Source: Candidatus Bathyarchaeota archaeon
Lineage (GTDB): Archaea > Thermoproteota > Bathyarchaeia > TCS64
Reading direction: 5' to 3'
Assembly: GCA_043826455.1 (NCBI GenBank)
Contig: JBDRQD010000018.1
Span: 1-27,690 of the forward strand
Length of the DNA: 27,690 bases
Shown: one piece after another, positions 16,216-25,781 of the stretch
Position numbering within the stretch: the stretch's first letter is position 1
Layout: each line of letters opens with the position of its first letter
Notes under the pieces: model-generated
What the model saw: the letters and a program-made list of their open reading frames with translations, nothing else
Databases searched by the model: none
What the model was told of the DNA's origin: nothing
Position numbers and translations under genes: made by a program

Positions 16216-17328
16216 TTGAAGGCTTACATAGTTGAAACCGTGGTAGGAGTATTCGCCTACGACGAGGAAGGCAACAGGATCGCCGGGGAACCCTACCCGA
16301 AGAACCCCGAACAGATATCAGCGTACATCAAGGGCCACAGGGAGGGGCAGATGTCCGGACCCATGGAGAAGCTGGTGGAGGCCCTGGACGCCTCCGGCTA
16401 TAACATCTACGCGTCCTCTAACCAGGCCCTCCTGAAGACCATAGAGGAGAAGTACGGCAAAGCAACCGAAACCTCGGGCAAGCCCATCACAGAGTTCGCC
16501 GACGCCTCCGACCTGGCCGTGGAGACGGGCCTCGTGTCCAGCGCAGAGGAGTATCGAAGCCTATCTCACGCTGTCACATCTCTCCTAGCCCATAAGGACG
16601 TCCACCAGGCCCTCTCATACAGGGAGAGCCTGCTCATCCCCACGGTGCAGCTCCTGGGTGACCTGGACACCGTCATCAACAGCCTCTCCGGCAGGATGAG
16701 GGAGTGGTACGGGGTCCACTTCCCAGAGATGGGGCACAGGGTCAGAGAACACACGGACTACGCCAGGATCATCCTGGCCTACGGTGACCGGGAGAACATC
16801 ACCGTTAAAGGGCTCCAGGAGATGAGCATGAAGAAGAGGGACGCCGACAGGGTGGTTGAGGCGGCCCAAGGCAGCATGGGTGCCGCCCTCGACGAGGAGG
16901 ACACAGAGGCGCTTCAGAGCTACACCCAGAGGGTCCTGGACCTCTACAAGGAGAGGGAAAGGCTCACGGAGTACATATCAGCATTAGCCCAAGAGATAGC
17001 GCCCAACGTGGCTCACCTGGCGGGGCCAGTTCTGGGGGCGAAGCTCATCGACAAGGCCGGGGGCCTGAGGAGGATGGCCATGATGCCCTCCAGCACCATC
17101 CAGGTGCTGGGCGCAGAGAAAGCCATGTTCAGGGCGCTGAAGTCTAAGGCTAAGCCCCCTAAGCACGGGCTGCTGTTCCAGCACCCCTATGTGCACGGTG
17201 CGCCGAGGGATAGGAGGGGTAGCAGGGCCAGGGCGTTGGCTGCCAAGCTGGCTATCGCTGCGAGGGCTGATGTGTTCAGCGGCGAGTTCATCGCGGATGA
17301 TCTTCTCGCTCATCTGACGGATGGCTAG
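16216..17328 (+). CDS. nop5: C/D box sRNP protein Nop5 (Nop56/58)
   Basis: REWYG.HFPE, SMG, APN...LAG..LGAKLI..AGGL, PSSTIQVLGAEKA.FR, PPKHG.LFQHP, AAK.AIAARAD. Confidence 0.96.
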   Translation: MKAYIVETVVGVFAYDEEGNRIAGEPYPKNPEQISAYIKGHREGQMSGPMEKLVEALDASGYNIYASSNQALLKTIEEKYGKATETSGKPITEFADASDLAVETGLVSSAEEYRSLSHAVTSLLAHKDVHQALSYRESLLIPTVQLLGDLDTVINSLSGRMREWYGVHFPEMGHRVREHTDYARIILAYGDRENITVKGLQEMSMKKRDADRVVEAAQGSMGAALDEEDTEALQSYTQRVLDLYKERERLTEYISALAQEIAPNVAHLAGPVLGAKLIDKAGGLRRMAMMPSSTIQVLGAEKAMFRALKSKAKPPKHGLLFQHPYVHGAPRDRRGSRARALAAKLAIAARADVFSGEFIADDLLAHLTDG

Positions 17329-17591
17329 TCGCTTTTTGTCAGCTTTATCTTTATAGTTGACACGTTTCTGAGGTCTCCGTCGTCCCCCATCTTCTCGGTC
17401 CCTATGCTTATTTCCTCCACGAGCACATCTTTAAGGAAGCTGCGTTTGCAGACTTCTACCACGTCCACTGCGCTGCTTATGGCTCTGCCTCGGGCCAGTA
17501 CGTTCACGGAGGGCTGGCGCTGGAAAGCTGTGATCAGGGCGGTTACGTAGTTCAGGAGGGGTTTGGAGCCGATGTATACGTTCTCGGTCAT
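17325..17591 (-). CDS. albA: DNA/RNA-binding protein Alba
   Basis: YIG.KP..NYV.A, ARGRAIS.AVDV.E, I.IGTE, VSTI.I.L. Confidence 0.95.
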   Translation of the reverse strand: MTENVYIGSKPLLNYVTALITAFQRQPSVNVLARGRAISSAVDVVEVCKRSFLKDVLVEEISIGTEKMGDDGDLRNVSTIKIKLTKSD

Positions 17592-17972
17592 GTTTCATCT
17601 GAGACATTTCGCAGGGTAATCAACTTAAGTTATACTCACCAGTAAAGCATCGTTTGGGGCACTATTCCCGTGGGACTCGTACTGCTGGTTTATTATCCCT
17701 CAAAGAGTAAGGTTAACATAATCATTTAAAAACAATAGGGTTCTCACCCCATATTTGATATAAACATCTAAATTCATTATCTCTTTGTTAACGCAGAAGA
17801 TAATCATATTGATATACGTAGATTATACCTGAGGTTAACACATGTTATCCACCATAATTTGGGGTGTAAACAAGCAGTAACAAACACATCGATTTATGGG
17901 AATATTTTCTGGAATAATATGGGTTAGCTCTATATACCACCGATCTATAATAGAAATCCAGTGAACAACTAA

Positions 17973-18218
17973 ATGTCCACGTTCTCCGAGGCACTGCAAG
18001 ACAAGTTCGGGACAAAGGACTGCCCCTTCCTCCACGACTGCGACGTACCCATAACGAAGGACTTCTTCGCAAGGGTATGTAAGGCGCCCGGGTACCTCAA
18101 CTGCCACCACTTCGCCAAACGGGTCGGCGAACTCAAGACGCCCCTCAGCTGGCTACAGAAGATGGCCGTAGACCAGGCCAAGATGATGACCACCGACATC
18201 GAGGCCACACAGACTTAA
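17973..18218 (+). CDS. Hypothetical 81-aa protein with four Cys (CPF..DC, C, C-HH)
   Basis: GC3-rich, host-like codons begin abruptly at the ATG after an AT-rich spacer; TATA-like CTATAATA near 17945-17952. Confidence 0.75.
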   Translation: MSTFSEALQDKFGTKDCPFLHDCDVPITKDFFARVCKAPGYLNCHHFAKRVGELKTPLSWLQKMAVDQAKMMTTDIEATQT

Positions 18219-18251
18219 ATCGGCCCCAGCCTTCTCTTCAACCGACACCAT

Positions 18252-18941
18252 TTGAGCCTCATGCCCCCAGAGGAGACATTCCCAAACGTATTCAGGGTCA
18301 AACAGGAAAACCAGGAGTTCCTAGCCACCAGGAACATGACCCCCGGCAGAACCTACTACGGTGAACCCACCTTCACTTTCGATGGTGTGGAGTATCGTTC
18401 CTGGAACCCAACACGAAGCAAGCTCGCCGCCGCCATATTGAAGGGCCTGAAGGAGCTCCCCATAAAGCCGGGCTCCACGGTGCTATACCTGGGCGCGGCC
18501 TCAGGGACGACCGTGAGCCACGTGTCCGACGTCGTGGGGCATGGGGGCCACGTCTGGGCCCTGGACTTCTCGCCGAGGGCCCTCCGCGACCTCCTAGACA
18601 AGGTTTCCAGGCACAGGGAGAACATCTCACCCATCCTGGGGGACGCCCGGAAGCCTGAGACCTACAGCGTTCTGGTGCCCAAGGTGGACGTGGTCTTCGC
18701 TGACGTGGCCCAGCCGGACCAGGCCGACATAGTGGTCAAGAATGCCAGGTGGTTCCTCAAGAAGGGGGGGCACGTGATGCTGAGCATCAAGGCTAGGAGC
18801 ATCGACGTCACTGAGAAGCCCTCCGAGGTGTTCAGGGCTCAAGTGAAGATAATGGAGGAGTCCGGGCTCAAAGTAATACAGTTAATCTCTCTGGACCCCT
18901 ACGAGAAGGACCACGCTATGGCGTTAGCCGTGTCTGCTTGA
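18252..18941 (+). CDS. flpA: Fibrillarin-like rRNA/tRNA 2'-O-methyltransferase
   Basis: YGE, YR.WNP.RSKLAAAI, VLYLGAASGTTVSHVSD, DVAQPDQ, IKARSID, L.PYEKDH. Alternative start ATG 18261. Confidence 0.97.
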   Translation: MSLMPPEETFPNVFRVKQENQEFLATRNMTPGRTYYGEPTFTFDGVEYRSWNPTRSKLAAAILKGLKELPIKPGSTVLYLGAASGTTVSHVSDVVGHGGHVWALDFSPRALRDLLDKVSRHRENISPILGDARKPETYSVLVPKVDVVFADVAQPDQADIVVKNARWFLKKGGHVMLSIKARSIDVTEKPSEVFRAQVKIMEESGLKVIQLISLDPYEKDHAMALAVSA

Positions 18942-19575
18942 GCCGGGCGAGGTGCCTCCTCACGGGCGCCCAGGAGGCCCTCATGAACGGCGGGCTCTCC
19001 CGGTTACAAGCGAACCAGCCTTCTATGAACTCCACCGTCCGGCGGTCGCTGCAGTAGCCTGACCCGAAGTCGCCGTACCGGTCCCTGAGCTCAGCCACAA
19101 GCGAGTCTCTCCTGACTTTAGCAAGTATGGAGGCGGCGGCGGTCACCGGATAGATGTTGTCGGCCCTGGGGACGCAGGTAATGTCCACCTTGAAGGGCAG
19201 TACGGACTGAATCTGCTCTCCACACCTCAGGTGGTCCACGTCGCAGGTGTCCACGTAGGCAGAGTCGGGCCTCAGCTCCCTGATAATCCTGGCCATTACC
19301 ATGGTCTCTAGGTAGTTCAGTCGTCTCAGGGGCACGCTTCTCATGACCACCTTGTCGATGGTTTCGGGCGACAGCTCGACGAACCTGAACTCTAGGGCCA
19401 GCTCCTTGATCTTCGCTGACAGCTTCTCCCTCTTCCTGGCGGTGAGCCTCTTGGAGTCCTTGACCCCTAGCTCGACAAGCCTCGGGATGTCCTCCTGTTG
19501 AAACAGGGCGCCGGCTACCACGAGGGGCCCTATGGCGCAGCCCCTGCCCGCCTCGTCGACGCCGGCGACTCTCAT
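18916..19575 (-). CDS. rnhB: Ribonuclease HII
   Basis: GVDEAGRG..IGPLVV, GVKDSK.L, AASILAKV.RD, GDFGSGY.SD, R.SW. Confidence 0.97.
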   Translation of the reverse strand: MRVAGVDEAGRGCAIGPLVVAGALFQQEDIPRLVELGVKDSKRLTARKREKLSAKIKELALEFRFVELSPETIDKVVMRSVPLRRLNYLETMVMARIIRELRPDSAYVDTCDVDHLRCGEQIQSVLPFKVDITCVPRADNIYPVTAAASILAKVRRDSLVAELRDRYGDFGSGYCSDRRTVEFIEGWFACNRESPPFMRASWAPVRRHLARLKQTRLTP

Positions 19576-19613
19576 ATCAGGGCTAGATGGGCCTCACGTT
19601 AATAAAACAGGTA

Positions 19614-20720
19614 TCATCTCAGGGCGCGCTCGTATGCGTCCAGGTACTTCATGTAGTTGGCATCCAAGTTGAAGCCTGACACCATGGTCTCCCTAGCCTT
19701 GACACCCATGTCGGGGGCGTTTAGGGCGACCTCAAGTCGAGAAGCCAGAGCCTCAAAATCTCTGGGCCTGTACAGGAAGCCGTCTACGCCGTCGATAATC
19801 ACCTCTCTGCTGCTCCAGGCATTGGCGGCCACGGGCACGCACCCTGAGGCCATGGCCTCCTGCAGCGAGACCGACAGCCCCTCGTTCACCGAAGCTAGGG
19901 CGAAGACGTCGCAGAGTCGGTGGAACCCTGGGGCGTCGTGCACCCTGCCCAGGAAATGAGTGTCGCGGAGCCCGAGGTCTAGGGACAGCCTCTTCAGGGC
20001 CAGGAGGTGGGGGCCGTCTCCGCCCACGAGAAGCCTGACGTCGCGGCTGCCTTGTAGTAGGCTCACAGCCCTCAGCAGGTCTTCCATGTTTTTTCCGGGT
20101 ATGACACGCCCGAGGGTCCCGATGGTCTGCGGCCCGTTCCGCTTATCTGGTCTGAACCTCTCAACGTCCACCCCCGTGTATATGGTCTCAGTCTTCCCGG
20201 GTAAGGCTCCTAGGCGGTGCACAAGCCGCTCTAGGTGCCTGGAGACTGTGACAACGTGATCGGCTCTCCTCAGCGTGTGCCTCGTAGCCGGAACATAAAT
20301 AGCGTTCCTAGAGGGCAGGGTGAGGTCGCTTCCGTGGCAGGTGACGAGCTGGGGGACCCTCCTCGGGTTGTGGGACGCCAGAAGCCCGAAGGGTATGGCC
20401 AGGTGGGTGTGGACCAGGTCGTACTCGTCCTTCACGTGGTGCAGGTACGCTGACAGAAGGTAGGCTGGCAACTGAATTAGGTGGCTTCCGGGGGCGTCCA
20501 CCATGGTTCGCTCGGCTACCAGCTCGCAGCTCCTCCACGGGAGGTACGGGAACCGCTTCACCTTGTACGGCTCCGTGTACTGTTCCATCGTCCGGCTTCT
20601 GGGGGCCAGAACCGTCAACTCGACGTGACGGGATAGACGCCTGCAGAGAGCCTGGATGAATGAGCCGTGGTAGTCCCCCGGGTACCGGGGGTAGCTGGGC
20701 GTAAAGACCAGGACCCTCAT
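19614..20720 (-). CDS. Glycosyltransferase family 4
   Basis: MRVL...SYP, T.HGSD, GVD..RF, GDGP, EGL...L.EAMASG (Ex7E). Confidence 0.92.
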   Translation of the reverse strand: MRVLVFTPSYPRYPGDYHGSFIQALCRRLSRHVELTVLAPRSRTMEQYTEPYKVKRFPYLPWRSCELVAERTMVDAPGSHLIQLPAYLLSAYLHHVKDEYDLVHTHLAIPFGLLASHNPRRVPQLVTCHGSDLTLPSRNAIYVPATRHTLRRADHVVTVSRHLERLVHRLGALPGKTETIYTGVDVERFRPDKRNGPQTIGTLGRVIPGKNMEDLLRAVSLLQGSRDVRLLVGGDGPHLLALKRLSLDLGLRDTHFLGRVHDAPGFHRLCDVFALASVNEGLSVSLQEAMASGCVPVAANAWSSREVIIDGVDGFLYRPRDFEALASRLEVALNAPDMGVKARETMVSGFNLDANYMKYLDAYERALR

Positions 20721-20757
20721 CCAACCCTTATATTTAGTTTCACCTGAACTTATTTAT

Positions 20758-21855
20758 GTGTCTCTCCGGGTCTGCCTAATCTCGCTTGAGGTGTTCGCGT
20801 GGGGCAGGTACGGTGGCATAGGTAGGGCCACCCGGGACATCGCTGGGGGGCTGGCCCGTAGGGACGCGGACGTTCACGTGGTCACACCAAGATACGATGG
20901 GCAGAGGACATTGGAGGAGCTGGACGGCTTCACGGTCCATTGCCACAGCATATACGGGTACCCGTTCACCGGGCCCATCTACCGGGAGATCGACGCGGAC
21001 GTTTACCACTCCCAGGAGCCCGGCCTTGGGACCCTGACGGCCATGAGGGCTGTAAGCGGAGCCCTGCACATAGTGACCTGCCAGAACCCCCGCACCAAGG
21101 AGGACTGGGAGCGCCAGCAACGTTACTACGGGCTCAGAAGGCGAGCCTATAACCGGTTTATGGAGCCGAAGGTGGGTGAGGCTGTGAGGCGCGCAGACGC
21201 CGTGTTCTGCCAGTCGAAGCACATCATAGACAAGGCCAAGGAGCTCTACGGACTTGAGCGTGACCCAGGGTTCCTCCCTAACCCCGTGAACGTCCCTGAA
21301 AACACCCCAAGAAAGGCGTCTGAGCCAACAGTCTGCTTCCTCGGCAGGCTGGACCCAGAGAAGAACCCTGAAGGTTTCATAGATTTAGCCAGGTCTTTAC
21401 CTGATGTTAGGTTCATAGTGGCGGGGAGGGCTCACGACCCGCGGAGGGACCGGGAGATGAGGCAGATGATGCGCGGCGTCACCAACCTTGAGCATAGGGG
21501 ATTCGTTGACGGAGCAGAGAAGAGAGAGCTGCTGAACGAGTCTTGGGTCCTGGCAAACACCAGCCACGTGGAGTGCCTCCCGGTGGCTTTCCTGGAGGCA
21601 GCGGCCCACAGGTGCGCCATACTGAGCCCCCACGACCCTGACGGCTTCGCATCCAGGTTCGGGCACCACGTGACGGGAGGCGACTATGCATCTGGTCTCA
21701 GGTGGCTGCTGGAGGATGAGCGGTGGAGGGAGAGAGGGGAAAAGGGATACGGGTATGTCTCAGAGGTTCATGAGGCGAGCCGCGTGATTGACCTACACCT
21801 AGACCACTACAGAAGGTTGGTGGAGGAGAGGGCTACTCCTCGTCCATGGACTTAA
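20758..21855 (+). CDS. Glycosyltransferase family 4
   Basis: YGGIG, PNPV, FLGRLD..K, GFV, ECLPVAFLEAA (Ex7E). Confidence 0.92.
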   Translation: MSLRVCLISLEVFAWGRYGGIGRATRDIAGGLARRDADVHVVTPRYDGQRTLEELDGFTVHCHSIYGYPFTGPIYREIDADVYHSQEPGLGTLTAMRAVSGALHIVTCQNPRTKEDWERQQRYYGLRRRAYNRFMEPKVGEAVRRADAVFCQSKHIIDKAKELYGLERDPGFLPNPVNVPENTPRKASEPTVCFLGRLDPEKNPEGFIDLARSLPDVRFIVAGRAHDPRRDREMRQMMRGVTNLEHRGFVDGAEKRELLNESWVLANTSHVECLPVAFLEAAAHRCAILSPHDPDGFASRFGHHVTGGDYASGLRWLLEDERWRERGEKGYGYVSEVHEASRVIDLHLDHYRRLVEERATPRPWT

Positions 21856-23335
21856 GCTCCGTGATGCCCAGCATCTCAAAGTCCAGGGGGAAGATGGGGC
21901 GCCTGATGCGTTTGAACCCGAACCCGGCCAGCCTTGGGCTCGTCAGGCCGGGGGTGTCCAGCTCTATGATCTCCTTGGCTATGGGCTCATGGGCGGCCCT
22001 GAAGTGGACGCTGCTCTTCACCACTATGAACCGCTTGTCTGTGGGCTCGATGCCCAGGCTCCTGTAGAGGTTTAGGTCCAGGGGCTGCAGCCGCTTGGTG
22101 GTGACGATGACGTCGTTGCCCCCGATATCCAGTACAGCCGTGGCCCCCATGTCCGACTCCGAGCCGGTCCCCATGGGGCCCTTCACTATGTACTTGCCCT
22201 CCGAGAGGGTCTTGACCCTGCCCTTGAGGTCGAGAGGCCCCCCATGCAGTTTGTCTGTGTGCCCACCCAGGCTAACCTCCACCTCGTTTCCGACACCGGC
22301 CTCTGACGCCTTAACCACGGCGGCGGGGTCCCATATGAGGGCCACGACGCCCCCCGTGAGACCCTCCTCGAGGAGGGCCTTCAGGACGATGGTGCCGTCC
22401 TCGGGTGTGCCCCCGCCAGGGTTGTCCCCTATGTCCGCCAGGATTATGGGTCCCTCCTGGGCCGCCTTCACGTGCTGTAATGCCTCCCTCAGTGGCGTCG
22501 GCTTTACAAGGAATTCCTTTCGGAGGCTCCACGCCAGGTCGCTGAGCTCCTGGGCCAGCCTGTCGGCCAGGGCCTGGTCGTCGTTGGTGTGGACTATGAA
22601 GCTCATCCCAGCCTCAGGTATGTCGCTCCAGGGGAACCCGGCAGCCACCGTGATGGCCTCGACGCCGGGCATGGCCTCCATCCTGTGGGCCTCCTCTATG
22701 AGCCTCTTCATGGGGTACCTGCCCGTGAACTGGACCTGGAGGGCTGGGAGCATGGGTGGCTGGGTGAACCCTGTGGCGGGCTTAAGCTTCCCCTCCAGCA
22801 TCTTCCTGGTCAGGTTCACGGCCTCGACACCCCTGTCGTAGCCGTCCACGTGAGGGTAGGTGTCGTAGCCGATGAGCAGGTCGGCGTTCTCCACCATCTC
22901 CCGCGTGTAGTTGGCGTGGAGGTCGAAGGTGGCCACAAGGGGCCGCTTACCCATGACCTTCCTGGCCTCCTTCAGTATCTTGCCCTCTATGTCGGGGTAC
23001 TCCTCGCTGACGCCAGCGCCGTGGAGGTGCAGGACCGCCGCGTCCACCTTGTCCGCCTTCTTCATACCGCCTATAAGGTCGCCTAGGAGCTGGTTGAAGG
23101 CCTCCTTGGTGATGGTGCCTGAGGGCGTGGCCGATGCGTGGACTGTGGCGATCAACTCGAAGCCGTTCTGCCTGCAGCCTTCGATGATGCCGGCGGCCTC
23201 GGTCTTGGTGCCCTCGAAGTGCTCCAAGACTTGGTCCCCGTGGAAGAGGTGCCTCCTCTTGAACTGCTCGATGTCCGTGCTTATGTTGGACAGAACATTG
23301 GTCTCGTGGGATATGGTCCCAGTGACTATCCTCAT
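21833..23335 (-). CDS. M81 family (MlrC-like) metallopeptidase
   Basis: HETN, LHGA, D.EG, DLHAN, TYPHVD, DNPGGG, VKS.VHFRA. Confidence 0.93.
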   Translation of the reverse strand: MRIVTGTISHETNVLSNISTDIEQFKRRHLFHGDQVLEHFEGTKTEAAGIIEGCRQNGFELIATVHASATPSGTITKEAFNQLLGDLIGGMKKADKVDAAVLHLHGAGVSEEYPDIEGKILKEARKVMGKRPLVATFDLHANYTREMVENADLLIGYDTYPHVDGYDRGVEAVNLTRKMLEGKLKPATGFTQPPMLPALQVQFTGRYPMKRLIEEAHRMEAMPGVEAITVAAGFPWSDIPEAGMSFIVHTNDDQALADRLAQELSDLAWSLRKEFLVKPTPLREALQHVKAAQEGPIILADIGDNPGGGTPEDGTIVLKALLEEGLTGGVVALIWDPAAVVKASEAGVGNEVEVSLGGHTDKLHGGPLDLKGRVKTLSEGKYIVKGPMGTGSESDMGATAVLDIGGNDVIVTTKRLQPLDLNLYRSLGIEPTDKRFIVVKSSVHFRAAHEPIAKEIIELDTPGLTSPRLAGFGFKRIRRPIFPLDFEMLGITELKSMDEE

Positions 23336-23366
23336 GGATACTGAGAGGCTCTAAGGGGGAATAACG

Positions 23367-23924
23367 TTAACGGTTGTAGAAGAACCGGCTGAGACTCTGC
23401 TCCTTCTCGGGCTCTCCCTCGACGCTGGGGAGTACGTGCTCCAAGTTCAGGAGGAACCGTTTCCTGTCTAGGCCGCCCCCGAAGCCCCCTATTCCCCCGT
23501 TGCTCCACACCACCCTGTGGCAGGGGATCACTATGGCGAGAGGGTTCTGGCCCACAGCGTTACCCACTGCCCGGGAAGCGCCGGGTTTCCCCATGTCCTT
23601 CGCTATTAGACCGTAGGAGGTGAGCCTGCCGTAGGGTATCTTGTATATCTCCCTCCAGACCCTCTTCTGGAACTCGGTCCCCCGGATGTCGAAGGGCTCA
23701 TCATAGGTCATGGGCTTGCCCTTGAAGTACTTCTCCAGCCATCCGCTCAGCTCGTCGAGCTTACCGGGACGGTACTCGGGCTCAGTGTCTATCTGCCGGT
23801 CCAGCTCCTGGAGAAAACGATTCTCGCCGCAGGGCAGGTTGAGCCTTATCAGGCCTGTGCTGCTGGCGGCGGTCCATATCTTGCCAATCGGCGAGTCTAT
23901 ATCGCAGTAATATATTTTCTCCAT
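23367..23924 (-). CDS. ogt: Methylated-DNA--protein-cysteine methyltransferase
   Basis: Start MEKIYY at 23924; SPIG, GT.FQ..VW, IPYG...SY, RAVG.A...NP, IPCHRVV active site. Confidence 0.95.
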   Translation of the reverse strand: MEKIYYCDIDSPIGKIWTAASSTGLIRLNLPCGENRFLQELDRQIDTEPEYRPGKLDELSGWLEKYFKGKPMTYDEPFDIRGTEFQKRVWREIYKIPYGRLTSYGLIAKDMGKPGASRAVGNAVGQNPLAIVIPCHRVVWSNGGIGGFGGGLDRKRFLLNLEHVLPSVEGEPEKEQSLSRFFYNR

Positions 23925-23961
23925 GAACCCACCATTGAGCCTGTATACTAAGGGATTAGAG

Positions 23962-24540
23962 ATGCCGCGTGAGCTTAAAATAGTGTTGGCGTCCACGTCG
24001 CCCAGGAGGATAGGGCTGCTGAGGCAGGTTGGGCTGGAGTTCACCGTTGCGGATCCGGGCGGGGACGAGTCCAGCACCCACCCCGATCCCAGGAGGAGGG
24101 TCATGGAGAACGCCCTGTCCAAGGCTGAGAGGGTGACTGAGCGTAACGGTGAAGCCTTGGTCATAGCCGCGGACACGGTCGTCTACATTGACGGCATCAT
24201 ACTTGGTAAGCCTAGCTCAGAGGATGATGCAGCCGCGATGCTGAGGAGGCTCCAGGGGAACGTCCACAAGGTCTTCACAGGCGTCGCGGTCATCCATCCG
24301 ACGGCTGGTCGGTTCGTAGATTACGAGGAGACCCTGGTTCACATCAGAAGGCTATCCGAGGAGGAGATTCTTAGGTACGTCGAAGGCGGGGAACCCATGG
24401 ACAAGGCGGGCTCTTACGCCATCCAGGGGTATGGGGCAGTGTTCGTTGACAGGGTGGTCGGGTGCTTCCACAACGTCATGGGGCTGCCGCTGGCTCTCTT
24501 ATCGAGGATGCTCAGGGACGCCGGCGTGGAACTCCTGTAA
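23962..24540 (+). CDS. maf: Maf family nucleoside triphosphate pyrophosphatase (YhdE-like)
   Basis: LAS.SPRR, KA, ADTVV, LGKP, DKAGSY.IQG, NV.GLP; start ATG 23962. Confidence 0.95.
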   Translation: MPRELKIVLASTSPRRIGLLRQVGLEFTVADPGGDESSTHPDPRRRVMENALSKAERVTERNGEALVIAADTVVYIDGIILGKPSSEDDAAAMLRRLQGNVHKVFTGVAVIHPTAGRFVDYEETLVHIRRLSEEEILRYVEGGEPMDKAGSYAIQGYGAVFVDRVVGCFHNVMGLPLALLSRMLRDAGVELL

Positions 24541-24579
24541 ATCTATATTTTTCGTCGAACAGAAGCCAAGCTCAATAGT

Positions 24580-24630
24580 GATATATAGTCTATATAATTT
24601 CTATAAATTATGTTTTTAACTATACATAAT
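24580..24630 (+). promoter_or_regulatory. AT-rich CTATA-repeat promoter region of phosphate transport genes
   Basis: CTATATAATTT 24590, CTATAAATTAT 24601, CTATACATAAT 24620, an inverted copy near 24580-24589, and dyad ATAATTT-N4-AAATTAT. Confidence 0.5.
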
Positions 24631-24647
24631 CAGTTGTAAGGTAAACA

Positions 24648-25727
24648 TTGGCTGATAAATACAAGAACGCTCTAGGCTCAATAATATCAATATACTTCTT
24701 CGTTTCAGCCATAGTCCTCATAAAGTCCTCGGCAAAGATCATGGGAGTCGCCCTCGCCGAGAAGATCGTTCTCGTCGTCAGGGACACCACCAGCGCCGTC
24801 TTCGCGGGCTGGATAGCCACAGCCCTCCTACACAGCTCAGGGGCCTTCGACAGCATCGTGGTAGCCTTCACCGCCAGCGGCGTCATGCCCCTGAACCTGG
24901 CCGTGGCAGCCATCATAGGCGCTGAGGTAGGGACAACGGTCACCCCCTTCCTCATCTCTGTCATCGAGAGGATGAAAGGAGACCACGAGAGCGAGGCCAG
25001 CTTCAACGTGACCATGAGCCACGTCCTCTACAACCTGATCACCCTGGCCATCTTCTATCCGCTGGAACTGTTCTTCGGGGTCTTCACCAACATCGCCACA
25101 CAGGGAAGCAACATATTCGTGAAGCTGCCCTGGCTCAACGCCGTGCCTGACATACTGGACGTGGTTACGCCCTGGGTGGACCCCCTCCTCGACCACATCC
25201 CGCCCTGGTCGGGCATAGTCCTCGGGGCGCTGATCCTGATACTGGCCCTGGGGGCCGTGGAGAAGTACATGACAGCCATCTTCAGCATGCCCCGTAGCTG
25301 GAACCTGATCAGGTCCACATTCACGAAGCCGAAGAGGGCCTTCATTGCAGGGTTCCTGTTCACTCTGCTGGTGCCCAGCACCACGGTCATGGTGTCCCTG
25401 CTTGTGCCCCTTGCCACGAGTGGGGTAATCAAGGCGGACTACTATATCCTCCCCTATATTCTGGGGGCCAACATCGGCACCGTCTTCGACGTCATGATAG
25501 CCGCCCTGGCCACCGGTGACCCTATTGGCCTCGGGGTGTGGCTTGTCCACCTGTCCATCAACCTGCTAGGGGCAGTAATTTTTATGCCTTTATTGAAACC
25601 ATTCTCCTCTTTCACCAGGAAAGTTGCGCGTTACGTGTCATCGTCACCGAAAGTGACGCTAATAATAGCAGCCGTTTTCCACATATTACCTGCAGCTATT
25701 ATACTATACTACTATATGTCGATGTGA
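24648..25727 (+). CDS. Na+/phosphate cotransporter family (NptA/SLC34-like) membrane protein
   Basis: Two degenerate QSSS-type repeats: G..ATALLHSS...IGAEVGTTVT and G.L.TLLVPSTT...LGANIGT; adjacent to DUF47. Confidence 0.85.
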   Translation: MADKYKNALGSIISIYFFVSAIVLIKSSAKIMGVALAEKIVLVVRDTTSAVFAGWIATALLHSSGAFDSIVVAFTASGVMPLNLAVAAIIGAEVGTTVTPFLISVIERMKGDHESEASFNVTMSHVLYNLITLAIFYPLELFFGVFTNIATQGSNIFVKLPWLNAVPDILDVVTPWVDPLLDHIPPWSGIVLGALILILALGAVEKYMTAIFSMPRSWNLIRSTFTKPKRAFIAGFLFTLLVPSTTVMVSLLVPLATSGVIKADYYILPYILGANIGTVFDVMIAALATGDPIGLGVWLVHLSINLLGAVIFMPLLKPFSSFTRKVARYVSSSPKVTLIIAAVFHILPAAIILYYYMSM

Positions 25728-25781
25728 GAGTGGTTAGAGAAAGTATATAGAACAGTAACGCGGAATAAAGGTGGTAACAAA

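Noticed and set aside
17711..17738. dif site (GGTTAACATAA)
   Set aside because: Only one Xer-like arm; the sequence after a 6-bp spacer is not symmetric.
17592..17972. C/D box sRNA between nop5 and flpA
   Set aside because: No RTGATGA box C with a matching CTGA box D seen on either strand.
21833..23335. Microcystin degradation by the MlrC-like gene
   Set aside because: M81 peptidases are widespread and no mlrA/B/D is present; the substrate is unknown.
23925..24176. N-terminal extension of Ogt in the ORF track
   Set aside because: Antisense to maf; Ogt-like sequence begins at MEKIYY (23924).
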